From Anthoceros angustus (taxonomy: Eukaryota; Plantae; Anthocerotophyta), in the NCBI GenBank assembly GCA_010909165.1, contig MU008152.1:496001-560000 (forward strand): a stretch of DNA of 64,000 nucleotides. Reading direction: 5' to 3'. The notes below the pieces were generated by a model. That model was not told the DNA's origin. It made no database searches and saw nothing but the letters and a program-made list of their open reading frames with translations. A program made the position numbers and the translations under genes. How positions within the stretch are numbered: position 1 is the first letter of the stretch; each line of letters begins with the position of its first letter. Shown here one piece after another: positions 36,887 through 48,768 of this stretch.

Positions 36887-37943
36887 CTACTTAGCCTTGC
36901 TGACGGTGACGTTGCTTTCAGGAGGATGATCTCGCTGAGGTTCTCCTCCGTTCTTCTTGCGACAGTCCCGTTCGTAGTGCCCAGGCATTTTGCACCAATT
37001 GCAAACAATCGTCTTGTTGTTGTTATTGGCAGCTGTGCGTGGTGGCTGTGTGTAGGAACCTCGTCCTCTGCCCCTTCCACGAAAACCTCCACGTCCTCTT
37101 GAGGTGAATAGCACTCTCGTATTGCTAGAAGTAGAACCCTTTTGCTTGCTAAAGCTCCGAGTGCGCTCCTCAGAGATAAGGGCTCCAATAACATCCTCAA
37201 GAGTTATCTTGGGTGTTTGACCAGAAGCTGTCGCCTTCACAGCAGAGTTGATTGTGGCATTCTGGCTGGCCACAAAGTATTGATAACTCTCTGGAAGTGA
37301 AGCTAAAAGGCTAATAGCTGCTTGAACTTCTGACAGCACAGTGCCACAAAAAGCAAGATTAGCTCGTGATGTGCGAAACTTGTTGATGTAGGCCTCAACA
37401 GGCTCATTGTCTCGCATCCTCAAGTTGAAAAAGTCTCTGTGGGCATGCACAAGAGAAGCTGAGCTCTTGTCCTGATAGATAGACTGGAAGACTTCCCACA
37501 CTGCTGTGGAAGTTTTGGCTCCTATTGTATGAGGCATCATGGTTTTATCTAAGGCAGCAATGAGAATAGAGCGAGCACGACGATCCTTACGCTCCCAATC
37601 TAGGATCCTGCGCACTTCTAGGTAAGACCTTGCTGCCGCCCCACCAGACATCACCATGCTCCTCAAACATTTGAGTTAGCCTCATGACCCGTATATTATA
37701 ACATGCATTGAACCTATCCTTGTCCTTGAATTCTATCTTCAAGGAGTTGTGGCCATTTGTGCCATGTTGACAGAGCAGCCTTAGGAGACTATTCAAGACT
37801 AACTGAAGTTGACGCTGTCTATCTATCTGACGTAAATTCTCTGGGGAGAAATCCCAAGGAGAATATGTGGAAGCATCAGCAAAGAAGAATGAAATGTCAT
37901 CAACGAACTCATCATCTGAACCTGAGCTTTCTGACATAAACAA
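36887..37943 (-). pseudogene. gag: copia 1 gag (frameshifted)
   Basis: FKDKDRFNA..Y, WERKDRRARSIL, CNWCKMPGHYERDC zinc knuckle; split across ORFs 37587..37943 and 36887..37666. Confidence 0.9.
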
Positions 37944-39024
37944 GGGATATGCTCACAGCATGGTGCGTTGCACCTGTGGACGTCTCTGAGAAGACTTGAC
38001 GAGCATAGGGGTAGGCTCCAACTTCGAAAGCTCCTCACACAACTGATTGAGGTCGTGAATGCCGTCTGTAAGCTTCTCAATGAGAATCCACGTGATCTCA
38101 CAGGGTTCTGGCTGAAAGTTCATCCTCCCACAACCGCTCAAGGCCGATGTGTGTCTTGGAGTCGTGGATGTCCGAGGAAAATAGGCACTTTGTGTCACAC
38201 GGGTGAGTGCTGGTGTGACAACCGAAAAGTGTTGACGGCGATCGCGATTCCTCCTTGTTGGTGCTACCTCCCTTCTCTCCGCAGATCTGCAATCAGGGCA
38301 AACCACCTGATGCTCTGAACAAGCAAAGGAAGAGCGCTTCACTGGTTTGCTGAGAAATCTCGGAGGAGGAACTGGATTCCCTCCGAGGGTCTTGGCATCG
38401 TGACTCCAGGGTGCCTAAATCAGGGTGAATAGGCATCCATCGTGCACGCCCAAACCACGCTCTGATACCATAAAAGCGATGTAATCAGCCATGTGATCCA
38501 TGGGCTGTGGCTCAAAAGCAGTGCGAGTCTCGACAAAGAACATGAGCGGCAAGTGGAGCAAGAAAAGGATAATGTATTGATAGTCTAGAGAAATACTTAT
38601 AGTGTCTCCTAGAAAGCGGTTTAATAACTGTCCATATGTGAAAATACATAACTACTAATAGGAAGCAGTTTCAACTAAAGTAGCATGACTTAGAGGCTAT
38701 TCCCAATATTTTGCCTTGGCAGGATTTGGTGGAGGAGTTCGGCTCCTGCAAGGCAGATATTAAAGCGGATTGGAGTGCGAAGAGAGCCACACCGCGCTAG
38801 GAGGAGAACGAGCATGAGTGCAAAAACAAGTGACTGCCAGTTACATGTAGTTTGTTATACATCAGAGGTCCCTGGTAACAAGTTAGGCTTGAGAGTAACT
38901 GCCTATGAGTCTAGCATGATAACCCTATCAGCATTGTTATTAGGGTTATGATATCTCCTTTACTCCCTCTTAGACGAGATAGGCAAAAAGGGATAAAAGG
39001 GAAAAAGGACACCACGGGTTCAAG

Positions 39025-39960
39025 GTGAACGCGCGGGCATCATTCTACGCTCAAAACTGGCCTACCGGGCTTCTGCAAGGATGCCTATGCCACAAACTTC
39101 ACCGCTGGGATTATTGGCCCATTGTCGCTTATAAGATGGCGCTCCCTCTCTCCACGTTCCAATGCATGAGAGTGGTGGCGACTGCTAAAGTCCTCATCTT
39201 CTGCCTGATCCTCCTTTTGGTGCGCCTCTGGAAATCCTGCTCCCACTGCTGCTTCCTCATGGGCACTATGTCGAAGGGCCTTGAGTGTCTCCACTGTGGA
39301 AAACGCTGGCTCCCAGCTTCATCATTCACACCAAGGCAGTGGATTCTGCACTCCATTAGCTGCGAGGCCCTACCTGTAGACATGAGCAGAAGCAAGACCA
39401 AGGAAGAAGAGGAATTTGTGCTGGAGGCGAGGACAATGGCTGATGCCATGTTGCCTAACCCTCGTGACAGGATAGAGATCTGGCACACTCCCAAATGTGT
39501 GGCCTTCCCTGTGACTGAGGCAGACAAAAGGCTGAGGATCACCAAGGAGGAGTACAAAGACCTTATGAAGAGAGCCTTCCCTCGAGAATATGGAGAACAT
39601 GACTACTACTATCACCATGTGGTCAGCAAGGAGAGCATTGTGCGGGCAGAGAAGAAATAAGCCAGCATACTGCTAAGAGCTACTATGATACCGGGAGAAA
39701 CTCCCTCTGCTGATGAGAATTCTGAACAAGGTAACAAAAAGAGGAAGGAGAACCCGACGATTACATGTAAGTTGTGCTTCATCCACTCGCTTCTCTTCCC
39801 TTCTGTCTGCACAGTACCAATCCAAAAGGTCTGAATCTAACCAACCCTATATACTTTGCTGTCTACAGCTCTGCTAGAGGAAACAAAGAAGATAGCAGAG
39901 TTGCTGGAGAAGCTTAAACGGGAACAGAGACTGTGGTTACTCAAGGATTTAGGACGATAG
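39025..39960 (+). pseudogene. antisense spliced accessory ORF in the copia 2 3' region
   Basis: The 211-aa ORF 39025..39660 continues in frame past one TAA to donor T|GTAAGT (39766/39767). Intron has CTAAC; acceptor CTACAG| at 39868. Last exon SLLEETKKIAELLEKLKREQRLWLLKDLGR stops at 39960. Confidence 0.65.
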
Positions 39961-42410
39961 TGTGCACACATCGCCAGGTTTTACCTTTAACCGAGAAATG
40001 CACTTATGTAGGCCACCAATAAGCATGTCTCGCAAAGTGCTGGCTTGACAAGGTTGGTTAGCAAATCAGCTATGTTTTCCCCTATTGGGATGTAGCTAAC
40101 CACTACTTCTCCTGTATCAGTAGCTTGCCTAATAAAGTGATGGGTAATCTCAACGTGCTTACTTCTTGCATGAAATACCGGATTTCGAGATAGAGCTATC
40201 GCAGATTGGTTGTCACACCAAAGTTGAGCTGGTCCAGGTGCTAGCTGCTGCAATCCCTTGAGAAAAGAACGGATCCAAATTACTTCCGCTTGCCCCATAT
40301 TCCCCGCCTCAATGATAGAGGCGAGTTGTAAGCTTCTTGCTACTCCAGGATATTGAGGAACCACCAAGGATGTTGCAGTATGCTGCCACACTACGACGTG
40401 TGTCTGGATCACCAGCCCAATCAACGTCACAGTATGAAACCAAGTGCAATCCATCTGGTTGTCTACTATACTGCAAACCATGCCTTGCAGTGCCTTTTAA
40501 ATAACGAAAAATTCGTTTCACTGCGGTCCAATGAACCTCTCTTGGGTTCTCAAGAAACTGGGACACATTGCTAACTGCTCGGGCAATGTCTAATCTGGTC
40601 CAAGCTGCTAAGTAGATCAAGCATCCAACTGCTTGACGATAAGGACACTTACTCATCTCATCCTTGTCTCGCTATGAATCGATCTTCTTTTGACAACTTC
40701 ACCAAGGCTATGGCGGCAACAGCCTACCCTCCATGTTGAAACGCTTCAAGAGTTGCTCCACAAAGTGCTCCTGATGTATGTATATGCTGTGGCCAGAATC
40801 ACCAAACTGGAATTGAACCCCAAGTGAGAACGTAAGCTGTCCTAAATCCGTCATTTCAAAACGTGCAAGCAGAACCTTCTTAATCCTATCCATCAAAATA
40901 GCAGATGAACAGAAAAGGAAGTTGTCGTCAACATATACAGAAATTATGATGAAATCATCTTGGTCCCATAGAATATAAACAGTAGTATCAGCTGCTAAAC
41001 ATGTGAACCCAAGCTCTATCAAGAGTGCATGAAAACTTTCATTCCAGGCTCTGGATGACTGCTTAAGTCCATACAGCGTCTTAAGTAACTTACATACTTT
41101 CCTTGTGTCCTTCACATAACCCTCAGGCTGGGCCATATAAATCTCCTCTACAAGTGAACCATGCAAAAGGTCAGTTTAACGCCTGAAATATGTAATAAGC
41201 AACTATGTCACAGCTAAGGCTGCAAAATGCATGGCTTTGACGACAGGAGCAAAAGTCTCATTGTAGTCAAGGCCCTCCACTTGGCTGTAACCCTTAGCTA
41301 CCAAACGAGCTTTGTATCTTCCAACTTCTGTCTGCTCAACTTTCTAAACACCTACTTGCGTGCAATCGGTTTCCGCCAGAGGTAAATCAACCACCAAGTC
41401 TCGATGCCATGAGAGAGTTGTACTTGATTCTATGGTCGCTTACTGCTCGGCTCGTCCTGATGCCAAATAGATAAGTGGCGTTTCCCAAAGAGGAAGGAGG
41501 TGGAAAGAAGGGTTGATGAGGTTTAGGAACATGGCGAGACAGGCCAGCAACATAAGGACCAAACCATTCACTCATAGGACGTCTAGTGCGAGTAGAGCGT
41601 CTAAGGACTGGTGAAGTGTCTATGTGTTCTGGTTCAGGCTCTGTAAGGTTTGGTGGGTCAGGAGGATCAGGTTCATGATCAGGAGCCGAGACAGAATCAG
41701 ATTCGGTGGTTTCTGAAACAACAGGCAAATCTGCTGCAGGAGAGTCAACTACTAATGGGAAAGGAAACTTATCTGGAGGCTGGACAGGAGGCCAGACAGG
41801 AGGTGCTGCAGAGACGAATGGTGGTGAACTACCCCCTGAAACCGCAGAAGATGAATCTGAGTCATCCACATCAAAGACAGTAACGTCAGCTGGATCAGGA
41901 GAATCAGTAGCATCATCAACACCATGGATGGAAGGAGCTGCCAAAGAGGAATTGGGTTGGAGAATAATCTGATGTCGACAAAAAAGGGCATCCTCATTGA
42001 ATACAACACTACGGGAAAAGGAAACTTGTCGAGTCTGAGGATCAAACAACTTGTAGCCTTTAACATCATCAGAATAACCAACAAATATGCGTCTTACAGC
42101 TTTAGGATCTAACTTAGAACGCAAAGCTGGTGGGATGAGGGCATAAGCAGGAGCTCCAAATATACGAAGATGAGAAACTCGAGGTTTCTTACCAGTCCAC
42201 CTCTCATAAGGGGTCACCAGACCTAACTCCTTGGTTGGTAGGCGATTCTGAACATAGTTAGCAGCACATAAGGCTTCCGCCTAACATCCTCTTTCAAAGA
42301 AGGATAACTAGAAAGGCTGCCTCCAGAAACTTCGTTTCTTTCTCTCAGAAACGTGATTCTCCGCTTGTGTGTAGGGAACCGAAGTCAAGGCCGGACTCCT
42401 CCTCACACAA

Positions 42411-44772
42411 AACACGATAATTTTTGAAGGGGGGATACCCCTTCGCCGAGACAAGACCCCTTGTCACGAAGAACACCTTACCTAGAACAAAGATATGTGC
42501 CCTACTTTGATAATGCACACACCTTTCCGAGGTCATATCTTTGATAAAAGATGCACTTTCAAGTCTACACCCGAGAACCGGAGCATGAGGGTGTGGGCCC
42601 GCTTATGCTTTAGTAGAATGCATAGAGGGCTGCCATTTTCATATGTTTATTACAACCGAAAACTTTTACTTTCAAGTGGTGGAACACAATGAAAACAATC
42701 TGCATTAGCGGAGTCTCATTTAAGTGGTCGTGAGAACATTGCAACAAACAATCAAGGAGGAAGTGGTCATCAAGATCGACAATAGCCATTCAAGAGTGCG
42801 GCGACTCATCCATGCCTTAAACCGAGTCAAGTACCACCGCCATATTCGGAGGCGGTCCATATCCTCCGCCTCGGTTGTCGCTCTCCTCCATTGCTTGCCT
42901 TCAATAGTATCATTCTTGGGCCCGGTCCGACGGTCGATCGCCACACAAAGATCTAGGGTCTCACGACCTCATCCAAAAGGTCGCCAATCGTGGTCTTCAA
43001 CCTTCCGCACTCAATGCAACCACTTGGGCTTTAAGGCAATGCCAACGTCCTTAAAATGAACAAAGTTAGTTGCCCATGCGCCCATGCAAGCATCCTTAAA
43101 ATCAACAAAATTGAACTATTGAGGAGGCACGAGGTTTGAACACGAAACCTATTCGTTACTACACTTATTTCCCAAACACTAGACCAACAATCCATGGTTG
43201 AGTACTCTTGAGGCGCTAAATATTTATTTTTGAAGACAGGAGGAGGGCGCTGGCGCCGGCGCCCATGGGCAAGGCATGGCGTGTTAGGGGAGGGCGCGGC
43301 CGGCGCCCAAGGACGGCAGGGCGTGGGCGCCGCCGCCGGCGCCCATGGTGGTGTGCTGGGGAGGGCGCCTGCCACCCGCCCCAAGGTGGTGTGTAGGGGA
43401 GGGCGCCGGCCGGCGCCCATGGGCGGTGTTAGGGGAGGGCGCCGGCGCCCATGGGCGGTGTTAGGGGAGGGCGCCGGCGCCCATGGGTAGGGTGTAGGGG
43501 AGGGCGCCGGCCGGCCCCATGGGCAGGGAGGCGCCGCCGGCCGGCGCCCATGAGTGGCATGTCAGGGGAGGGCGCGGCCGGCGCCTCCTTAGCACCATCC
43601 TACGGTGCATACGGTGAAGCTAGGGGGGACAAGAAGGAACGTATCCTATCACCGATGGAAGGTGTGGCCCATTTGGTGAAGGGTTAAAAGATTTGCATCC
43701 ATAGGTGACTGAAGAGTATAAGTGGTGGGAAGCCTGTTGGACCGGAAGGAGATTGCTATTGTGGAGAATAACATTGGGCTAGTGCTACGTCATTCTTGGA
43801 AGTGGTTTTCACGCGAAGTGGATCATACAGACCACTTCAAGTGCGGATGAAGCTTTGCTAGATGAGGCATTATTGAGGGACCTCCCACGCGTGATATGTA
43901 TTTGGGGGCATATCAAAATGCGGAAGGCAACGGAAATGGCACGGATGAATGGGGACATAACGGAACCGAGAGGGATGTTTCGCGCAAATACGCATAACAG
44001 GCCATTCGGATTGGGAGGTCATTGACGTGAAGCTAAACGCACCACGACCTCACTTTCTTATCCACTAGTATCGGACCGAGCACATAGATGCGTATGAAGG
44101 AGATATGCAGAACACATAGTCCGCCAGAGTGGTAACCCATCCGTCCAATGCCGAGGAAAAAGGGAATAAGATCCATTACCTAAAAACATACAGGAGGTAT
44201 TTGTGAATGAAACTATCCCAGACATGGGTTTGTGTTGAACGACGGAAACATCCGTATGTGGACAAAAAGCGATAAGGGATAAGCTCATGAGTTGCGTGGC
44301 TTCATACAACCCGCGAGTGAAAGTGTCGTCAAGATAGTGATGACAATGGAGAAGTTTGGACCAAGTGATGACGATGGATTGAACTCGGGATGAGTGAAAC
44401 CGAAATCTCGCTTTTTCCGGGTCCCAGTTAATGTTGTAAGTCCTAGATGTTTCGTGTTAGGAAATACCGTCTGTGGCTTTTGTGGTGTCATAACAAAACC
44501 ACATTTCCATCCCAAAATCGAGTTTATAATGTTTGCTCAGAACGGCCTTCCTCACCGCTCCTACTTTGCATCATTTCCCTAGGTTGGAGCCACCATTGGC
44601 CACAAACATTGCTAGATGGAAAGTAGTAATTTTTCCGGTGACACCTTTTTTCGAGCTGTTTTCCTGAATGCCTTCAAAACGCTGTTTTAGGGCCCATCAA
44701 AAACCCCCTTCAGAGATTATTTGCGGAAAACCCCCTTCGAGATTATTAACCCCCTTCAAAAATTATCGTGTT
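42411..44772. mobile_element. non-autonomous DNA transposon nested in the copia 2 integrase
   Basis: Terminal inverted repeat AACACGATAATTTTTGAAGGGGG at both ends, 4-bp direct repeat ACAA at 42407-42410 and 44773-44776, subterminal AACCCCCTTC repeats at the right end. Integrase sequence resumes on both sides. Confidence 0.85.
43240..43590. repeat. GC-rich degenerate tandem block inside the nested DNA element
   Basis: Recurrent GGGGAGGGCGCCGGCGCCCATGGG units. Confidence 0.8.
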
Positions 44773-45639
44773 ACAATGATCCTCGAAAGCATTGCTGATA
44801 TACTCACCTCCATTATCTGTCCTTAAAATACGGACCTTTGAACCTGTCTGACGCTGAGCAAATGTAACATACTGCTGGAATGTGGAAAGGGCTTCACTCT
44901 TATGATGAAGGACATAAATGCAGCAGTAACGACTCCATTCGTCGATAAAGGTAATGAAGTAAGAGGCACCACCAAAAGATGCTGTTGACATGGGTCCACA
45001 TATGTCGCTGTGGATGGTATGTAACAGGCTAGTGGCTCTAGACAGGTGCTTGTCCTTGTAAGGTTGAGAAATGGCTTTGCTAGTTTGACAGGCGTCACAA
45101 AAGGCATGTTCATCAAAGGAAAAAGAAAGGGGTTCCCTAAATACCTCATTTTTAATAAGAGCATATAACTTGTGGAAGTTCACATGACCAAGTCTGCAGT
45201 GCCAGAGTTGGGTAGGTGTCAGGTGAGGGCTAGTTGCTACATGAACTGAAACTGAAGGTATGAAACTCCTAACATCCAGCAAATACAGGTCATTATAGGG
45301 AATACCAGAGAAGATTTCTGACCAGTTGCCTAACTGTGAGATAGAGCACCCTGTGTGATCAAAACACACACGACAAGCATGCTCCTGAGACAACTTAAGC
45401 ACGGACATAAGGTTCTTAGTCATGGATGGCACAAAAAGAACGCCAGACAGAATAAGAGTGGACTTTTGTGGAAGTTGGACCATGACTGAACCAGTACCTT
45501 TGATGGCTAAGCCACTGTCATCACCAAGCAAGACAAACTGTCTATCATCAGAAGCTGCTTTGAAGGTACAAAATGCTGTTTTATCAAAACAAATGTGACT
45601 AGTTGCTCTTGAGTCTAAGAACCACATGTCTGTTTGTAT

Positions 45640-47028
45640 CTAAATAGATGAAAGGAAAACAGCAAGAATGGTAGGTGCTTTGACAGTCGAGGTAGATTTG
45701 GTGGAGGCAATGTTTGATTCAGCAGGTGCTTCCCTCTTAGGCTCGCCTGCCTTCTTCTTTCTGCAATCACGCTCATAGTGACCAGGTATTTTGCACCAAT
45801 TGCAGCTAAAAGTCTTACGCTGCAAGTTGGGCTGTCGAATAGTTGATGGAGCACCTCTGCCCCTGCCTCCACGTCCATGCCAATAACCTCTGCCTCTTGA
45901 CGAGAAAAGGACTCTGTTGCTGTTGGAGATCTGACCCTTAGATTTGTTCAGGCCTCTTGTGCACTCTTCAGCTAACAATGCTCCAAAGACGTCCTCAAGT
46001 GATATATTCGGTACTCCAGCTCCAGCAGCTTGCTGTGCTGAAGCAATGATAGCATGTTGTACACTTGTGAAATGAGAAAAGTTCTCTGGCAATGATGCCA
46101 AGAATCCTGTTGCCGCCTGAACCTCTGTGAGGACTGTCCCACAATAAGCGAGGTTAGCACGTGCAGTCCTGAATTTATTTATATAAGATTCAACAGACTC
46201 ACTCTCCTTCATTCTGAGATAAAAGAAATCTCGGAATGAGTGTATCAAGGATGCTGAACTCTTGTCCTTGTAGATCTTGGTAAAATTACTCCACACAACT
46301 GCAGAGGTCACCGCATTCAAAGTGTGAGGCATCATAGTCTTATCTAGAGAAGCAATGATAATCGAACGTGCACGCCTGTCCTTCCGCTTCCAAGCTAGGA
46401 CATTGTCAGCATTCGTCTGAGTTGGGACAGGCGATTGCTCACTCCCATCAACAACTCCCATGAGTTCATTCTCCTCCAGTATTTGGGTAAGCCTCATAGA
46501 CCAGACTGAATAGTCTGTGCCATTGAAACGGTCTCGATCCTTGAAGTCAATCTTCAGGGTATCAGGAAGTGGAGCAACAGGTTGAGCCATAGCAGCAAGA
46601 GTCACGCCTGGGTTCGGAAGAGGGTTGCCAAATCCCGATCCTGTTGTGGCTCCTTGCTGCTGTTGAACACTAGTTGTCGAAGATGAGGCTCTAGAAGAGA
46701 GTCCCCATCGCCAGGCCCGATGAAGAATCATGAGTTGTGTTGGCTCTGCGTGTGCAACGTACAACAACCCAGAAGAATCAGTAAAAAGTGTTCCAGGACC
46801 CAAAGTCCCAAAGATGCCGGTGTAGCCAAGGAAAGGAGTGACGCCTGGTTGGAAGAATCGGTCCTCAGGAAGAACCGGTCTTCGATGCCGCCGCTCCGGA
46901 GATGTAGGTTCCCTCGGCTCTTCAAGCGGTGTCTCAGCAGTGTCACGGGATGGGGTGACAAGGCCGGTAGCACTCAAATCAAGATCATCATCATCATCAT
47001 CGAAGTCGGGTTGCATCCCTACAGACAA
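45640..47028 (-). CDS. gag: copia 2 gag (462-aa ORF)
   Basis: FKDRDRFNGTDYSVWS, WKRKDRRARSII, CNWCKIPGHYERDC. Confidence 0.9.
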   Translation of the reverse strand: MSVGMQPDFDDDDDDLDLSATGLVTPSRDTAETPLEEPREPTSPERRHRRPVLPEDRFFQPGVTPFLGYTGIFGTLGPGTLFTDSSGLLYVAHAEPTQLMILHRAWRWGLSSRASSSTTSVQQQQGATTGSGFGNPLPNPGVTLAAMAQPVAPLPDTLKIDFKDRDRFNGTDYSVWSMRLTQILEENELMGVVDGSEQSPVPTQTNADNVLAWKRKDRRARSIIIASLDKTMMPHTLNAVTSAVVWSNFTKIYKDKSSASLIHSFRDFFYLRMKESESVESYINKFRTARANLAYCGTVLTEVQAATGFLASLPENFSHFTSVQHAIIASAQQAAGAGVPNISLEDVFGALLAEECTRGLNKSKGQISNSNRVLFSSRGRGYWHGRGGRGRGAPSTIRQPNLQRKTFSCNWCKIPGHYERDCRKKKAGEPKREAPAESNIASTKSTSTVKAPTILAVFLSSI

Positions 47029-48768
47029 GCTATCAGCAGTGATGGCGGGGATTCAAATCTGACGAAGTCCTCCTCCTCATCTTGCCAGCCTCAAGAGCTT
47101 TGTGTGTCAGGCAATTTAAGTGAATTTGTCGGATGGATTCACTTAAGCCGTCGAAAAGATCTTGCAGGCGCTCGACCTTGGAGTGTAGGTCCTGAATCTC
47201 CCTGCCTTCTTGTAGTCGGGGTCTGAGAGCAGAATCTGTGCGCGGTTGGTGATGTGAGAGCCTCTTCTAGAACAAGGTATGTCTGGGATGGTCTCTCGTC
47301 GGTGCGAGGTGACAGGAGATTGCAGAGAGGTAAGGTATTCCTCTTCACGACAATCCAGCAGCAACTCCTCCGACTCGGGTGTGGGAGTTCTCCTCACTGC
47401 TCCCCCACGGATCACAGATCACAACCCTACACTTCGGCATGATTCCCTCCGTGGCATCGACCTAAGATTGCCATTGCTCGCAAGTCAGATCGGGATGCAT
47501 ACAACCAGGCTCTGATACCATAAAGCGGATTGGAGTGCGGAGAGAGCCACACCGCGCTAGGAGGGGAACGAGCATGAGTGCAAAAACAAGTGACGGTTAC
47601 ATTTACAGAGTTTGTTACATACTGTAGAGGTCCCCAGGTAACGGTTAGGCTTGAGAGTAACTGCCTATGAGTCTAGCATGATAACCCTATCAGCATTGTT
47701 ATCAGGGTTATGATATCTCCTTTAGATATAAACCTCAAAAAGGCTCGCACGATAGGGCGCACATTCCTGAAAAGCCTGAGCAACAAGGTGTATCCCGCAG
47801 AAGGCCGGAGCATCGTGATGGCTGCCTTTGCGAGAGGCGCCATCGCCACGCTGAGGCCCCAAGTAGACCGGGCCACATTCGCCGGCATGGCCTGTGAGTA
47901 GAATGGAGGAGAACCAGCAGTGATTGACGCCTCCTTTGATAGCATCAACGGTGTTTGTTTGTACCGATAGTGAAGCCATGCATATGACTGGGTCTCACGG
48001 TCCTGTGCCCGTCCTCCGTCCCGCTGGTCCTCTGCGCCACCGTCCTCTAGTCCTCTGGTCCTCTGAGGCACGCAGTTGAGGACGAGACCGCTGACGAACA
48101 TGTATGCTTGAGTCCCCGGCCGCCCGGCCTCGACGAGGCTCTTGAAGCCGACGCTAGGCTCGCTTTGCGGGCCCGATATCCTCGCACTCGGTCCCCGAAT
48201 CGCCAGGCCAAGCAATCGGATTCCTTGCCTGTGGGACATCCACCGCATTTCTTCGCTCAAGTCCACCGGTGGACTCGGTCCAAATGCAGTCAGCTCATGA
48301 TTCCTCGATGGCGGCCTATGATGATAATCATGGACATCGTATGGACTCTCATGAGTTTGTCCAAGCATCCAAGCCATTCCAACACTCTTTCAGCCCCTTG
48401 ACCCTCCCCCACCGCCTCCGCTCACTATCCTCGATTATCAAAAGAAATCTCCTTTTCTTACGTCCGTGATATGACCTTCCAAGTTAAACATAATCCTTGA
48501 GAGCTCCAACAATCTTGGGTCTCCCTTAGACTCCGCTAACACTGCGATCTCGTCTCGATTCATGACATGCTGCGCATTGCATGGCGATTCACTAGCAAAG
48601 TACATGAAGACTAAAATTTGAGCATCCATGGAAAGGGATTAACTCACCGTATGCCAGTTCGTGACTAGACTGACGCTGTACATGTACAGCCTTGAGTCCC
48701 CGGCCCGGGCCTCGACGAGGCTTAAGTCAGAAGGCCACCGCTTGTGGGCCCGATATCCTCAAACCCTG

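Larger units (their letters stand above)
32335..38708 (-). mobile_element. full-length Ty1/copia element 1 with TA...TA termini
   Basis: LTRs 32335-32586 and 38471-38708; TSD TTTTG at 32330-32334 and 38709-38713; PBS at 38459-38470 (revcomp TGGTATCAGAGC); PPT AGTGGGAG at 32587-32594. gag 36887-37943, PR-IN 34805-36865, RT 34101-34778, RNase H 33513-~34090, with frameshifts. Confidence 0.95.
38761..47724 (-). mobile_element. full-length Ty1/copia element 2 with TAAAG...CTTTA termini
   Basis: LTRs 38761-38962 and 47521-47724; TSD GATAT at 38756-38760 and 47725-47729; PBS 47509-47520; PPT AGAGGGAG at 38963-38970. gag 45640-47028, PR-IN 44746-45627 and 41387-42400, RT-RNase H ~39990-41380, degenerate. 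Confidence 0.95.
32290..47901 (+). pseudogene. unknown repeated family, copy C (fragment) split by two copia insertions
   Basis: Joining 32290-32334 + 38714-38760 + 47730-47901 gives one frame: DRGLDPRNRHTERILPWQDLVEEFGSCKADINLKKARTIGRTFLKSLSNKVYPAEGRSIVMAAFARGAIATLRPQVDRATFA. Confidence 0.9.

Noticed and set aside
43031-43687. Gly/Arg/Pro-rich ORFs
   Set aside because: By-products of the GC-rich tandem block.
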